From Salinivirgaceae bacterium (GTDB taxonomy: Bacteria > Bacteroidota > Bacteroidia > Bacteroidales > SZUA-534): DNA of 64,000 bases. The stretch's first letter is position 1. Each line of letters opens with the position of its first letter. The translations under genes were made by a program, and so were the position numbers. Shown here in pieces: positions 45,564-54,546 of the stretch. The notes beneath the pieces are model-generated. The model worked only from the letters and a program-made list of their open reading frames with translations, was not told where the DNA came from and did not search any database. The DNA lies in contig JAGCNL010000034.1 of NCBI GenBank assembly GCA_017645945.1, forward strand, positions 1,503 to 65,502, given 5' to 3'.

Positions 45564-46832
45564 CTAAAGTCGACCGTCAACTTTATCTTTTGGCAGCACA
45601 CCCTTCACATCGAAAATTATGTGGTTCTTTTTCAGGAACGATTCAATGTCGAGCGCTTTAAACTCGTCGTGGGCCACGGCCAGAACGGCGGCGTCAAATT
45701 GTTGACTATCAATTTTACTAGCAATATCTATGCCATACTCGCGTTTTGCAGCGGCGGCATTTGCCCAAGGGTCGTAAATTGTGATGTTCAGATTGTACTC
45801 ACGCAGCGACTGCACAATGTCGAAAACCTTGGTGTTGCGCACGTCGGGGCAGTTTTCCTTGAAGGTGAAGCCCAGAATCAGGATGTTCGAGCCCAGAACC
45901 TGAATGCCCTTCTTGAGCATCAGTTTAATCACCTGATTTGCAACATAATCGCCCATTCCGTCGTTCATTCGGCGGCCAGCCAGAATAATCTCGGGGTTGT
46001 AGCCGTAGCGTTGAGCGCACTGCGCCAGATAGTACGGGTCGACGCCGATGCAGTGACCGCCCACCAGTCCAGGCTTGAACGGCAGGAAGTTCCACTTGGT
46101 GGATGCGGCTTCAAGCACGTCGTTGGTGTCGATGCCCATCCGCGTGAAAATCTTCGACAACTCGTTTACGAAGGCGATGTTGATGTCGCGCTGCGAGTTC
46201 TCAATCACCTTTGCCGCCTCTGCCACCTTGATAGTCGGAGCCAAATGCGTGCCCGCGCTGATTACCGATGAGTAAACCTCGTTGATTTTCTGTCCTATTT
46301 CTGGAGTTGAGCCCGATGTCACCTTCTTGATTTTCTCAACAGTGTGCAGTTTGTCGCCAGGATTGATGCGCTCTGGCGAGTATCCCGCAAAGAAATCGAC
46401 GTTGAATTTCAGTCCTGAAACCTCTTCGATAACGGGGATACACTCTTCTTCGGTCACACCAGGATAAACAGTTGATTCATAAACAACGATGTCACCTTTT
46501 GCAATTACTCTTCCAATGGTAGTGCTGGCGCCGTAGAGCGGTGTCAGGTCGGGGTTGTTATCCTTGTCAACGGGGGTCGGCACGGCCACAACGTAGAAGT
46601 TGCAGTCGCGAATCTGTTCAATGTCGGCCGTGCAGCGGAATCCGCTTTTGATAGCCGATTGCAGCAACTCGTCGCTCACCTCGAGCGTGGCGTCGTGCCC
46701 CTGCATCAAAGCATCAACACGGGCCTTGTTCATATCAAATCCGACGGTCGGGTATTTTGTCGAGAAAAGTCGGGCAAGTGGAAGTCCAACATATCCTAGA
46801 CCAACTACACATATTTTCGTTTCCTTCATCAT
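45564..46832 (-). CDS. UDP-HexNAc 6-dehydrogenase (TviB/WbpO-like)
   Basis: N-terminus [18 protein letters not shown], catalytic [14 protein letters not shown], and about 420 aa. Confidence 0.8.
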   Translation of the reverse strand: MMKETKICVVGLGYVGLPLARLFSTKYPTVGFDMNKARVDALMQGHDATLEVSDELLQSAIKSGFRCTADIEQIRDCNFYVVAVPTPVDKDNNPDLTPLYGASTTIGRVIAKGDIVVYESTVYPGVTEEECIPVIEEVSGLKFNVDFFAGYSPERINPGDKLHTVEKIKKVTSGSTPEIGQKINEVYSSVISAGTHLAPTIKVAEAAKVIENSQRDINIAFVNELSKIFTRMGIDTNDVLEAASTKWNFLPFKPGLVGGHCIGVDPYYLAQCAQRYGYNPEIILAGRRMNDGMGDYVANQVIKLMLKKGIQVLGSNILILGFTFKENCPDVRNTKVFDIVQSLREYNLNITIYDPWANAAAAKREYGIDIASKIDSQQFDAAVLAVAHDEFKALDIESFLKKNHIIFDVKGVLPKDKVDGRL

Positions 46833-46885
46833 CTTTCTTTTTTGTGGCGGGCAGTGAGCTTTGAGCCGTGAGCCCGCGAGAATTA

Positions 46886-47239
46886 CTATTTATCTGTTTT
46901 ATCAATCAATTTTGCAATCATTCTCCTTATTTCAATCACTTCTTTTGCTAATTCATCGTATTCTGTTTCTGTAAGATAGTCTAATTCATGAGCCAGTTGT
47001 AATTCATAATCGACTTCACTCGCAGAACCAACAGAAATCTGCAAAAAACGACAAAAATCAGCATCACTTTTTCTGCCGCAACCTTCTGCTATGTTTGTCG
47101 GAATCGACATAGCCGCGCGCCTAATTTGCGATGTAAGCCCGTATATTTCTTCTTTGGGGAATTTGCGAGTTATTTGATACACATTTATCACAAAGGTATG
47201 GCTACGAGACCAAACTGTCAGATTTCTAAAATCTCTCAT
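46886..47239 (-). CDS. four-helix-bundle protein (23S rRNA intervening-sequence protein family)
   Basis: Hallmarks [26 protein letters not shown] and [10 protein letters not shown]. The ATG at 47239 lies 2 nt after the upstream stop (the track start is TTG). Confidence 0.85.
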   Translation of the reverse strand: MRDFRNLTVWSRSHTFVINVYQITRKFPKEEIYGLTSQIRRAAMSIPTNIAEGCGRKSDADFCRFLQISVGSASEVDYELQLAHELDYLTETEYDELAKEVIEIRRMIAKLIDKTDK

Positions 47240-47241
47240 AA

Positions 47242-48267
47242 TCAAACATTTTTATTATGATTAACAGACTCACATCCGCTCATGGCTGACTGCTCATTGC
47301 TCAAAGCTGAAAAATACCATTTACAAGCCTCCCTCAACCCCTCTTTAAAGAAATATTTCGGTGCGTAACCCAACAGATTTTTCGCTTTTTCGATTGATGC
47401 AAGCGAGTGCGGAATGTCGCCAGCACGATTTGGGCCGTGAACTGGTTCAATTTTTGCAATCTCAGCATCGTATTCTGACAAGTTTTCTTTCAGATAATCA
47501 AACAGTTGATTCAATGTTGTGCGCTCGCCGCAAGCCGTATTGTAAATCTGATTGACGGCTTGTTGATTGTCGGTCAGCATTGCCAAAAGGTTCATTTCCA
47601 CCACGTTGTCGATGTATGTAAAATCGCGGCTGTAATCGCCTGTGCCGTTGATAGTCGGTTGCTCGTGAGCGATTAACTTCTTAACAAACAACGGAATGAC
47701 TGCTGCATATGCTCCATTTGGGTCCTGTCGGCGGCCAAAAACGTTGAAATAACGCAGACCGATATATTCAATGCCGTATGTCCGTGCAAAAACATCGGCA
47801 TACAACTCGTTGACATACTTTGTAATAGCGTACGGCGACAAAGGGCGCCCAATCACATCCTCAACCTTTGGCAGAGTGGTCGAATCGCCGTAAGTGGATG
47901 AACTGGCGGCGAAAATGAAACGTTTCACTTTGGCGTCACGGGCTGCAATGAGCATATTCAAGAATCCGCCGATATTCACCGCATTGGTTGTGGCAGGGTC
48001 TTTAATCGAGCGGGGCACTGAACCCAAAGCGGCTTCGTGCAACACGTAGTCGGCACCGTTGACGGCCGTCTGGCAATCACTCAAATTGCGGATATCGCCC
48101 ACAATAAGGCTGAAACGGTCAGGGTATTTTTCGAGCAACGGATTGATATTTTCGATGTGACCAGTCGAAAAATTGTCAAGGCAGACCACCTCGTCGCCGC
48201 GCTCAAGAAGCGCCTCGCACAAATTCGAGCCTATAAATCCCGCTCCGCCTGTTACTAAAACCTTCAT
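47242..48267 (-). CDS. UDP-HexNAc(A) 4-epimerase (TviC/WbpP-like SDR)
   Basis: MKVLVTGGAGFIGSNL, catalytic YAITKY, and pairing with a TviB-like dehydrogenase. The ATG is at 48267. Confidence 0.8.
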   Translation of the reverse strand: MKVLVTGGAGFIGSNLCEALLERGDEVVCLDNFSTGHIENINPLLEKYPDRFSLIVGDIRNLSDCQTAVNGADYVLHEAALGSVPRSIKDPATTNAVNIGGFLNMLIAARDAKVKRFIFAASSSTYGDSTTLPKVEDVIGRPLSPYAITKYVNELYADVFARTYGIEYIGLRYFNVFGRRQDPNGAYAAVIPLFVKKLIAHEQPTINGTGDYSRDFTYIDNVVEMNLLAMLTDNQQAVNQIYNTACGERTTLNQLFDYLKENLSEYDAEIAKIEPVHGPNRAGDIPHSLASIEKAKNLLGYAPKYFFKEGLREACKWYFSALSNEQSAMSGCESVNHNKNV

Positions 48268-48392
48268 TTTCAAACTTTATAACGGTCACGCAACTAAAAT
48301 GCCAAACCAACCGCAAATATAATATTTGCCAGCCACCTTGATAATGAAAAGATTAACAATGAAGTTTGAAAGATGTCAGTTTGTCAAAAAAT

Positions 48393-49493
48393 TCACTCTC
48401 CACCAAGCCTCTCGTACTGTTCGCGCAACTTCGGCTCGATGACAGCCTGCGTGTAATTCGATTTAATGCGCTCGTAAACAATCTCGCTTAACTGACCGAA
48501 ACTGCCATCCGCCATAATCTCAAGCACACGGTCGGCATAACTTTGCGCTGTCAGGTGGTCCACAATCATACGGTTGTTGCCAATGACGGTGCGGCTGAAT
48601 CCTTGCGGACTCGAAATAGGCACAACACCGCAACTCATTGATTCTGTAATGGTATTCGATTGTCCTTCACGAGCTGACGGGAAAATCAGAAAATGCTTAT
48701 CGAGCAAAAGCGTTCGAATGCCAATGCGTGCATAGCCCGAAATGAATGAGTATGTGCCAGGTTTAAGTTTCTGCTCCATCAGCGACACCACCTCGCTAAC
48801 GTAGTTGTGATGACCTTTTCCGATGATTGTTAGCGAAATATCCATGTGCCTTTGCAGAATTGACGCAACCTCAACAATCATTTTCACATTCTTTTGCGCC
48901 TCAATGCGACCGAAATAGACAAGGTTAACAATTTCCTGCGGCTTTTGTGGCAAGACAGGCGGCAGATACCCTTCTTCAACATAATTCGGATAATGGAAAA
49001 TAGGCTTATTGGTCAGCGAGCGCAGAAACGCTTCGCTTTCAACACCTTGCGAAAAAATAATTTTCGATATGCGAAGAATTCGCGCAAAGCAAAATCTCGA
49101 AATAAAACATCCTGTATTACGATATGCTTCGACACACTCACCACGGATTTCGTATATAATGCTGTAACCCAAAAGTTTGGCGGCTTCAACCAATATGTAT
49201 TCGCCGATAATGGTAAGGCCATAGAATCCAGAAATATGAACTATCGCCTTGCGCGAGCCAAAGATTAGCAAAGTTAAAAATGCCGAAACGCCAACTAGAA
49301 ACCTGAACGGATAGGTCAGCAGTTTTACAAACATTGTTGTAGTCGCCTTGCAGCGTAACTTCTTAACAACCCGCACTTTATAGCCAAAGCCACGCAACAT
49401 ATTGACGGTTCGCTGGTTGCCAATCTCACCACCGCCGTAATACGGCTCAACGCCATTCGGCAGCGACCCAAAGAAATAAACCGTCAGAGCCAT
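48393..49493 (-). CDS. glycosyltransferase family 4
   Basis: The start was moved to the ATG at 49493 (MALTVYFFG...). The 98-aa upstream extension in the track overlaps the preceding gene and looks non-coding. GT4 C-domain FPSAREGQSNTITESMSCGVVPI. Confidence 0.7.
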   Translation of the reverse strand: MALTVYFFGSLPNGVEPYYGGGEIGNQRTVNMLRGFGYKVRVVKKLRCKATTTMFVKLLTYPFRFLVGVSAFLTLLIFGSRKAIVHISGFYGLTIIGEYILVEAAKLLGYSIIYEIRGECVEAYRNTGCFISRFCFARILRISKIIFSQGVESEAFLRSLTNKPIFHYPNYVEEGYLPPVLPQKPQEIVNLVYFGRIEAQKNVKMIVEVASILQRHMDISLTIIGKGHHNYVSEVVSLMEQKLKPGTYSFISGYARIGIRTLLLDKHFLIFPSAREGQSNTITESMSCGVVPISSPQGFSRTVIGNNRMIVDHLTAQSYADRVLEIMADGSFGQLSEIVYERIKSNYTQAVIEPKLREQYERLGGE

Positions 49494-49497
49494 AAAA

Positions 49498-50526
49498 TTA
49501 AACGGTTGGTTGGCTGTTATACCATTTGAACCACTCGGCAAACCGCTTAATGCCTTCAACAATAGGTGTTTGCGGGCGGTAGCCAAAGTCACGCTCAAAG
49601 GCCGACGAGTCGGCAAAGGTTTGATAAAGGTCGCCAGGTTGCATTGGAAGCATCTGCTTCTCGGCCTTGCGCCCCAAAGCGTCCTCGAGCAGCTCAATGA
49701 AATCGGACAAACGCACGGGTGACGAGCACCCCACATTATACACCTGATGCCGACGGCCATCGGGCTGCGGTTCAGGTTGTTTGGCAATTACGAGCATCAG
49801 GCTGTCGACAATATCGTCGATATAAGTGAAATCGCGGAACACATCACCACCATTGAACACGCTGATTGGCTCACCATTGGCAATGGCTTTCGCGAATAGC
49901 ATCGGGGCCATATCGGCGCGGCCCCACGGACCATAGACCGTGAAAAAACGCAGCCCTGTGGCGGGTATGCCGTAGAGCGACGAGTAGCAACTCGCCATCA
50001 ACTCGTTGGCGCGCTTGGTGGCGGCGTACAGGTTGACGGGGTTGTCGGTGCGGTCGGTTTCTGCAAACGGCACCTTGGTGTTGCTGCCGTAAACGCTGCT
50101 CGACGACGCGTAAATCAAATGCTTGATTTGGCTGTGGCGGCAGCATTCCAAAACGTTGGTAAAACCAGCTATATTGCTGTCAATGAACGAGAAAGGCTCG
50201 TCGATTGAGAATCGCATTCCAGCCTGCGCGGCCAGATTGACAACCACATCGAACCGCCCGCGCTCAAAAACTTGCGGCAGCCGCTCGCGGTCTTCAATAT
50301 TCAGTTTTATAAATTCAAATTGCTGATATACAGCGCTTTTAACGGGCCGTCCGCCATCGATTTTGCTGACATCGATACCTAACTCGGCCAACCGCGCATT
50401 TTTCAGATTGACAGTGTAATAACTATTCAGATTGTCGATACCCGTAACCGTGTGCCCAGCCTCGAGCAAACGGCGGGCAAGGTGAAACCCGATAAATCCT
50501 GCGGCGCCTGTTACGAGTACGTTCAT
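49498..50526 (-). CDS. UDP-glucuronate 4-epimerase-like SDR
   Basis: MNVLVTGAAGFIGFHLARRLL, YAATKRANE, and NLNSYY typical of the Cap1J/LpsL group. The ATG overlaps the ugd stop by 1 nt. Confidence 0.75.
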   Translation of the reverse strand: MNVLVTGAAGFIGFHLARRLLEAGHTVTGIDNLNSYYTVNLKNARLAELGIDVSKIDGGRPVKSAVYQQFEFIKLNIEDRERLPQVFERGRFDVVVNLAAQAGMRFSIDEPFSFIDSNIAGFTNVLECCRHSQIKHLIYASSSSVYGSNTKVPFAETDRTDNPVNLYAATKRANELMASCYSSLYGIPATGLRFFTVYGPWGRADMAPMLFAKAIANGEPISVFNGGDVFRDFTYIDDIVDSLMLVIAKQPEPQPDGRRHQVYNVGCSSPVRLSDFIELLEDALGRKAEKQMLPMQPGDLYQTFADSSAFERDFGYRPQTPIVEGIKRFAEWFKWYNSQPTV

Positions 50527-51836
50527 CAGCCTATCTTGCAATATTCAAATCCCGACTCGGCAAGTTCGGCGGCGTCGTAAATGTTGCGGCCGTCAATCAC
50601 AAGTTTGTTCCGCATCGATCGCGCCAGCACATCCCAACTCGGCATACGGAATGTCTTCCATTCCGTTACCAGAATGAGCGCGTCGGCATCGACGGTGGCG
50701 TCGTACATATCCTTGCCATAGCGCACTTTGTCGCCCACACGGCGGCGGCACTCGTCCATTGCCACAGGGTCGAAAACCTTGACGGTGCAGCCTGCAGCCA
50801 GAAGTTTTTCGATAAGCACCAGAGCGGGTGCCTCGCGCATATCGTCGGTTTCGGGTTTGAAGGCTAATCCCCACAGTGCCACGGTTTTACCTTTCAGATT
50901 TCCATCGAATCGCTTGTTGAGTTTATCGAAAAGAATGGCTTTCTGCCGCTCGTTCACTTCCTCAACGGCCTTGAGCACGCGCATCTGATAGCCGTTCTGT
51001 TCGGCGGTCTTTATCAATGCCTTGACATCCTTCGGGAAGCAACTGCCGCCGTAGCCGCAGCCAGGATAAAGGAATTTGCGGCCAATGCGGGTGTCGCTGC
51101 CAATGCCTTTGCGCACCATATTCACATCGGCACCAACCAACTCGCAAAGGTTGGCAATGTCGTTCATAAACGATATGCGGGTGGCTAGCATCGAGTTGGC
51201 GGCGTATTTTATCATTTCGGCCGACGGAATGTCGGTGAAAATCATTCGCTCGCTGTTGAGCATAAACGGCTTGTAGAGACGCGCCATAATCTTCTGCGCA
51301 CGCGGGCTGTCGGTGCCCACAACCACACGATCGGGACCCATAAAGTCTTTGATAGCCGCGCCCTCTTTCAGGAATTCAGGGTTCGAAGCCACATCGAATT
51401 CGACTTGCACACCGCGCTTGTCCAATTCCTGCTGAATGGCCGTTTTCACCTTCTGCGCCGTGCCCACAGGCACAGTCGATTTTGTTACCAGAATGGTGTA
51501 TTTGCTGATATTCTGTCCGAAGGTGCGTGCCACAGCCAAAACATATTGCAAATCAGCGCTTCCGTCCTCATCGGGCGGTGTGCCCACGGCCGAAAACACC
51601 ACCTCAACATTGTCGAGACAGGTGCGAAGGTCGGTTGTAAAGTGCAGACGACCAGCGGCCACATTACGTAACAGCATCTCGTCGAGACCAGGCTCGTAGA
51701 TTGGAATCTCGCCTTGTTTCAATCGCTCGATTTTTGCGCTATCAATATCGACGCAGGTTACATCAATGCCCATCTCGGCAAAACAAACGCCCGACACAAG
51801 TCCGACGTATCCTGTTCCAACAATTGCAATATTCAT
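50526..51836 (-). CDS. ugd: UDP-glucose 6-dehydrogenase
   Basis: MNIAIVGTGYVGLVSG, GYGGSCFPKD, 436 aa. Confidence 0.9.
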   Translation of the reverse strand: MNIAIVGTGYVGLVSGVCFAEMGIDVTCVDIDSAKIERLKQGEIPIYEPGLDEMLLRNVAAGRLHFTTDLRTCLDNVEVVFSAVGTPPDEDGSADLQYVLAVARTFGQNISKYTILVTKSTVPVGTAQKVKTAIQQELDKRGVQVEFDVASNPEFLKEGAAIKDFMGPDRVVVGTDSPRAQKIMARLYKPFMLNSERMIFTDIPSAEMIKYAANSMLATRISFMNDIANLCELVGADVNMVRKGIGSDTRIGRKFLYPGCGYGGSCFPKDVKALIKTAEQNGYQMRVLKAVEEVNERQKAILFDKLNKRFDGNLKGKTVALWGLAFKPETDDMREAPALVLIEKLLAAGCTVKVFDPVAMDECRRRVGDKVRYGKDMYDATVDADALILVTEWKTFRMPSWDVLARSMRNKLVIDGRNIYDAAELAESGFEYCKIG

Positions 51837-51856
51837 AATATCAAGATTTTACTTGT

Positions 51857-52798
51857 TTATCTTTCGGCACGCATCGGGTTTGTCAGAAAATCGTTGTACG
51901 ACAAACGAATGCCATCCTCGAGTTCAGTTTTGTAACGCCAGCCCAAACGCTCGGCTTTCGACACATCGAGCAACTTACGCGGCGTGCCGTTGGGGCGTGT
52001 GGTGTCCCATTTTATCTCGCCCTTGTAGCCCACAACTTTTGCCACAAGCTCGGTCAGCGCCCTGATTGTCAATTCTTTGCCCGTTCCCGCATTGACGGTT
52101 TCATTGCCGCTGTAGTTGTTCATTAGGAAGACGCACAAGTTGGCAAGGTCGTCAACGTAAAGGAATTCGCGCAGTGGACTGCCGTCGCCCCAGCAGGTTA
52201 CCGACGCCGCACCCGACACTTTTGCCTCGTGGAAGCGCCGAATCAGCGCGGGCAGCACGTGGCTGTGCTCGGGGTGATAGTTGTCGTTTGGTCCGTAAAG
52301 GTTGGTTGGCATAACGCTGATATAGTCGGTGCCGTATTGACGGTTAAGGAACTCGCAGTATTTCAAGCCTGAAATCTTTGCCAAAGCGTATGCCTCGTTG
52401 GTCTTCTCAAGTTCCGACGTCAGCAGGCACGACTCCTTCATTGGCTGCGGTGCCATTCGCGGATATATGCACGACGAACCTAAAAACTCCAGTTTTTTGC
52501 AACCGTTTTGCCAGGCGGCGTGTATCACATTCATTTCAAGTATCATATTCTGATACATAAAATCGGCCAATGCATTTTGATTGGCTACAATGCCACCCAC
52601 TTTTGCCGCCGCCAGAAAAACATATTCGGGCTTCTCGGCAGCAAAAAACGCCTCAACATCGGCTTGTCTGCAAAGGTCGAGTTCGCTATGGGTGCGGGTA
52701 ATGATATTGGTGTAGCCTTGCCGCTGTAATTCACGCACAATGGCTGAACCTACCATTCCTCGGTGTCCTGCAACGTATATTTTACTATTCAGATTCAT
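51857..52798 (-). CDS. fcl: GDP-L-fucose synthase
   Basis: KIYVAGHRGMVGSAI, SSCIYP, YALAK, 313 aa, adjacent to gmd. Confidence 0.9.
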   Translation of the reverse strand: MNLNSKIYVAGHRGMVGSAIVRELQRQGYTNIITRTHSELDLCRQADVEAFFAAEKPEYVFLAAAKVGGIVANQNALADFMYQNMILEMNVIHAAWQNGCKKLEFLGSSCIYPRMAPQPMKESCLLTSELEKTNEAYALAKISGLKYCEFLNRQYGTDYISVMPTNLYGPNDNYHPEHSHVLPALIRRFHEAKVSGAASVTCWGDGSPLREFLYVDDLANLCVFLMNNYSGNETVNAGTGKELTIRALTELVAKVVGYKGEIKWDTTRPNGTPRKLLDVSKAERLGWRYKTELEDGIRLSYNDFLTNPMRAER

Positions 52799-52815
52799 AG
52801 TTATAATTTTATTAT

Positions 52816-52845
52816 CTAACCGATTTTTGCCGATTTAATCCGATA
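52816..52845. repeat. 30-bp CCGATT-periodic element, left inverted repeat of the GxxExxY cassette
   Basis: CTAACCGATTtttgCCGATTtaatCCGATA. Its reverse complement recurs at 53289-53318 (24 of 30 matches), and a third copy is at 58690-58719. Confidence 0.8.
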
Positions 52846-52848
52846 TTC

Positions 52849-53289
52849 CTAATACAACCATTCAGGAATTTCTCCTTTATATTGATAGTTTTTGATTTTT
52901 TCAAACCCTATTCCAAGAACAAGTTCCTCAACATTAAAATTAATCAAATAACCTAACGGTTTATTGGCCAAATGAAGGTAATTGTTCAGTTGTTTATAAT
53001 GAATGCTTTCAAATGCGGCAATCGATTTAAGTTCAAGAATTAAAATGTTTTCCACTAAAATATCCATACGAAATCCCAAACCTAAATCCTCACCACAATA
53101 AGCAACATTTATGGGGACCTCGCTTTCGGCCGCTATTCCTTGATTTTTTAATTCAATTAATAAAGCCTTTTTATATACCGATTCTAAAAGTCCTGACCCT
53201 AATTTTGAATGAACTTTCATAGCGCAACCAATAACTTTATACGCTAAAGTATCTTTCTTGCACTTTGTATATTCCTCCAATAAATCCAT
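52849..53289 (-). CDS. GxxExxY protein (PD-(D/E)xK-like small protein family)
   Basis: GLLESVY motif and FRMDILVENILILELKS, 146 aa. Confidence 0.85.
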   Translation of the reverse strand: MDLLEEYTKCKKDTLAYKVIGCAMKVHSKLGSGLLESVYKKALLIELKNQGIAAESEVPINVAYCGEDLGLGFRMDILVENILILELKSIAAFESIHYKQLNNYLHLANKPLGYLINFNVEELVLGIGFEKIKNYQYKGEIPEWLY

Positions 53290-53318
53290 ATCGGCTAAAA
53301 TCGGATTGAATCGGTTAG
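53289..53318. repeat. 30-bp CCGATT-periodic element, right inverted repeat
   Basis: TATCGGctaaAATCGGattgAATCGGTTAG, starting at the ATG of the GxxExxY gene. Confidence 0.8.
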
Positions 53319-53335
53319 TGATGACTTTATTACGG

Positions 53336-54424
53336 TTATTCCATATTCGCCTTCAAATGAATCTTCTTCACGAATTTCATATCGTGCTCAACCATAATCT
53401 TCACCAACTCTTCAAAACTTGTCTTGCGCGGATTCCAGCCAAGTTGTGTTTTGGCCTTTGTGGGGTCGCCGAGCAATTGGTCAACTTCTGCAGGACGGAA
53501 ATATTTCGGATCAACCTCAACCAAAACATTGCCAGTGGCAGTGTCGATACCTTTTTCGTTCACACCCTCGCCTTCCCAGCGCAGATTGACACCCAAAGTC
53601 TTGAACGCCAGCGTACAGAAGTCGCGAACGGTATGGTATTCGCCAGTTGCAATCACAAAATCGTCAGGCTTCTCTTGTTGCAGAATCAGCCACATACACT
53701 CAACGTAATCTTTGGCGTAGCCCCAGTCACGCAATGAGTTCAGGTTGCCCAGATAGAGCTTGTCCTGATAGCCCTGCACAATTCGGGCGGCTGCCAGCGT
53801 TATCTTGCGGGTGACGAAAGTCTCGCCGCGGCGTTCGCTCTCGTGATTGAACAGAATGCCGTTGCAAGCGAACATCCCGTACGACTCACGATAATTCTTC
53901 GTAATCCAGAATCCGTATTGCTTGGCCACACCATACGGGCTGCGCGGATAGAACGGCGTTGTCTCCTTCTGCGGAACCTCCTGCACCAAACCGAACAACT
54001 CCGAAGTTGATGCCTGATAAAGTTTGCATTTCTTCTCCAAACCCAATATTCTGACAGCCTCAAGCAGTCGAAGAGTGCCAATAGCATCGGCCTCGGCGGT
54101 GTATTCAGGCACATCGAACGACACTTTCACGTGGCTCTGTGCGGCCAGATTGTAGATTTCATCGGGCTGCACAAGTTGGATGATGCGGATAAGCGAACTC
54201 GAGTCGGTCATATCGCCGTAATGCAGATTGATAAGGCGTTTCTGCTTCATATCGCGCACCCACTCGTCGAGATAAAGATGTTCGATACGACCTGTGTTGA
54301 ATGACGATGAACGGCGCATAATGCCGTGAACCTCATAGTCTTTCTCTAAAAGAAACTCTGCCAGGAACGAACCGTCCTGACCTGTTATGCCTGTGATTAA
54401 TGCTACTTTTTTGCTCATAATCAT
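53336..54424 (-). CDS. gmd: GDP-mannose 4,6-dehydratase
   Basis: [29 protein letters not shown], 360 aa. The start is at 54424 or 54418. Confidence 0.92.
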   Translation of the reverse strand: MIMSKKVALITGITGQDGSFLAEFLLEKDYEVHGIMRRSSSFNTGRIEHLYLDEWVRDMKQKRLINLHYGDMTDSSSLIRIIQLVQPDEIYNLAAQSHVKVSFDVPEYTAEADAIGTLRLLEAVRILGLEKKCKLYQASTSELFGLVQEVPQKETTPFYPRSPYGVAKQYGFWITKNYRESYGMFACNGILFNHESERRGETFVTRKITLAAARIVQGYQDKLYLGNLNSLRDWGYAKDYVECMWLILQQEKPDDFVIATGEYHTVRDFCTLAFKTLGVNLRWEGEGVNEKGIDTATGNVLVEVDPKYFRPAEVDQLLGDPTKAKTQLGWNPRKTSFEELVKIMVEHDMKFVKKIHLKANME

Positions 54425-54546
54425 ACTGTTTTAGTCATTGCCTAAAAAACGCCACCAACCACTGCGCGGGGCGTTTGAAAACGAATTTTAAAGAAACAAA
54501 AAAGGTTGGACAATGCCCAACCTTTTATGGCGATTTTAATCATCTG

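Noticed and set aside
49494-49787. 98-aa N-terminal extension of the glycosyltransferase ORF (track call 48393-49787).
   Set aside because: It overlaps the 3' end of the epimerase gene in another frame and is rich in R/C/P/S. The ATG at 49493 gives a normal GT4 N-terminus 4 nt after the upstream stop. Similar TTG/GTG or long-extension starts were trimmed for ftsX, the lptC-like gene, wecB, the LbH acetyltransferase, the TviC-like gene, the UDP-GlcA epimerase, the four-helix-bundle gene, the HsdR_N gene and the ParE-like gene.
54425-54546. Expected UpxY/UpxZ-type antiterminator genes or an invertible promoter at the head of the polysaccharide locus.
   Set aside because: Only about 120 bp separate gmd from ppiD. 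No such genes, flanking inverted repeats or recombinase were seen, so no claim is made.
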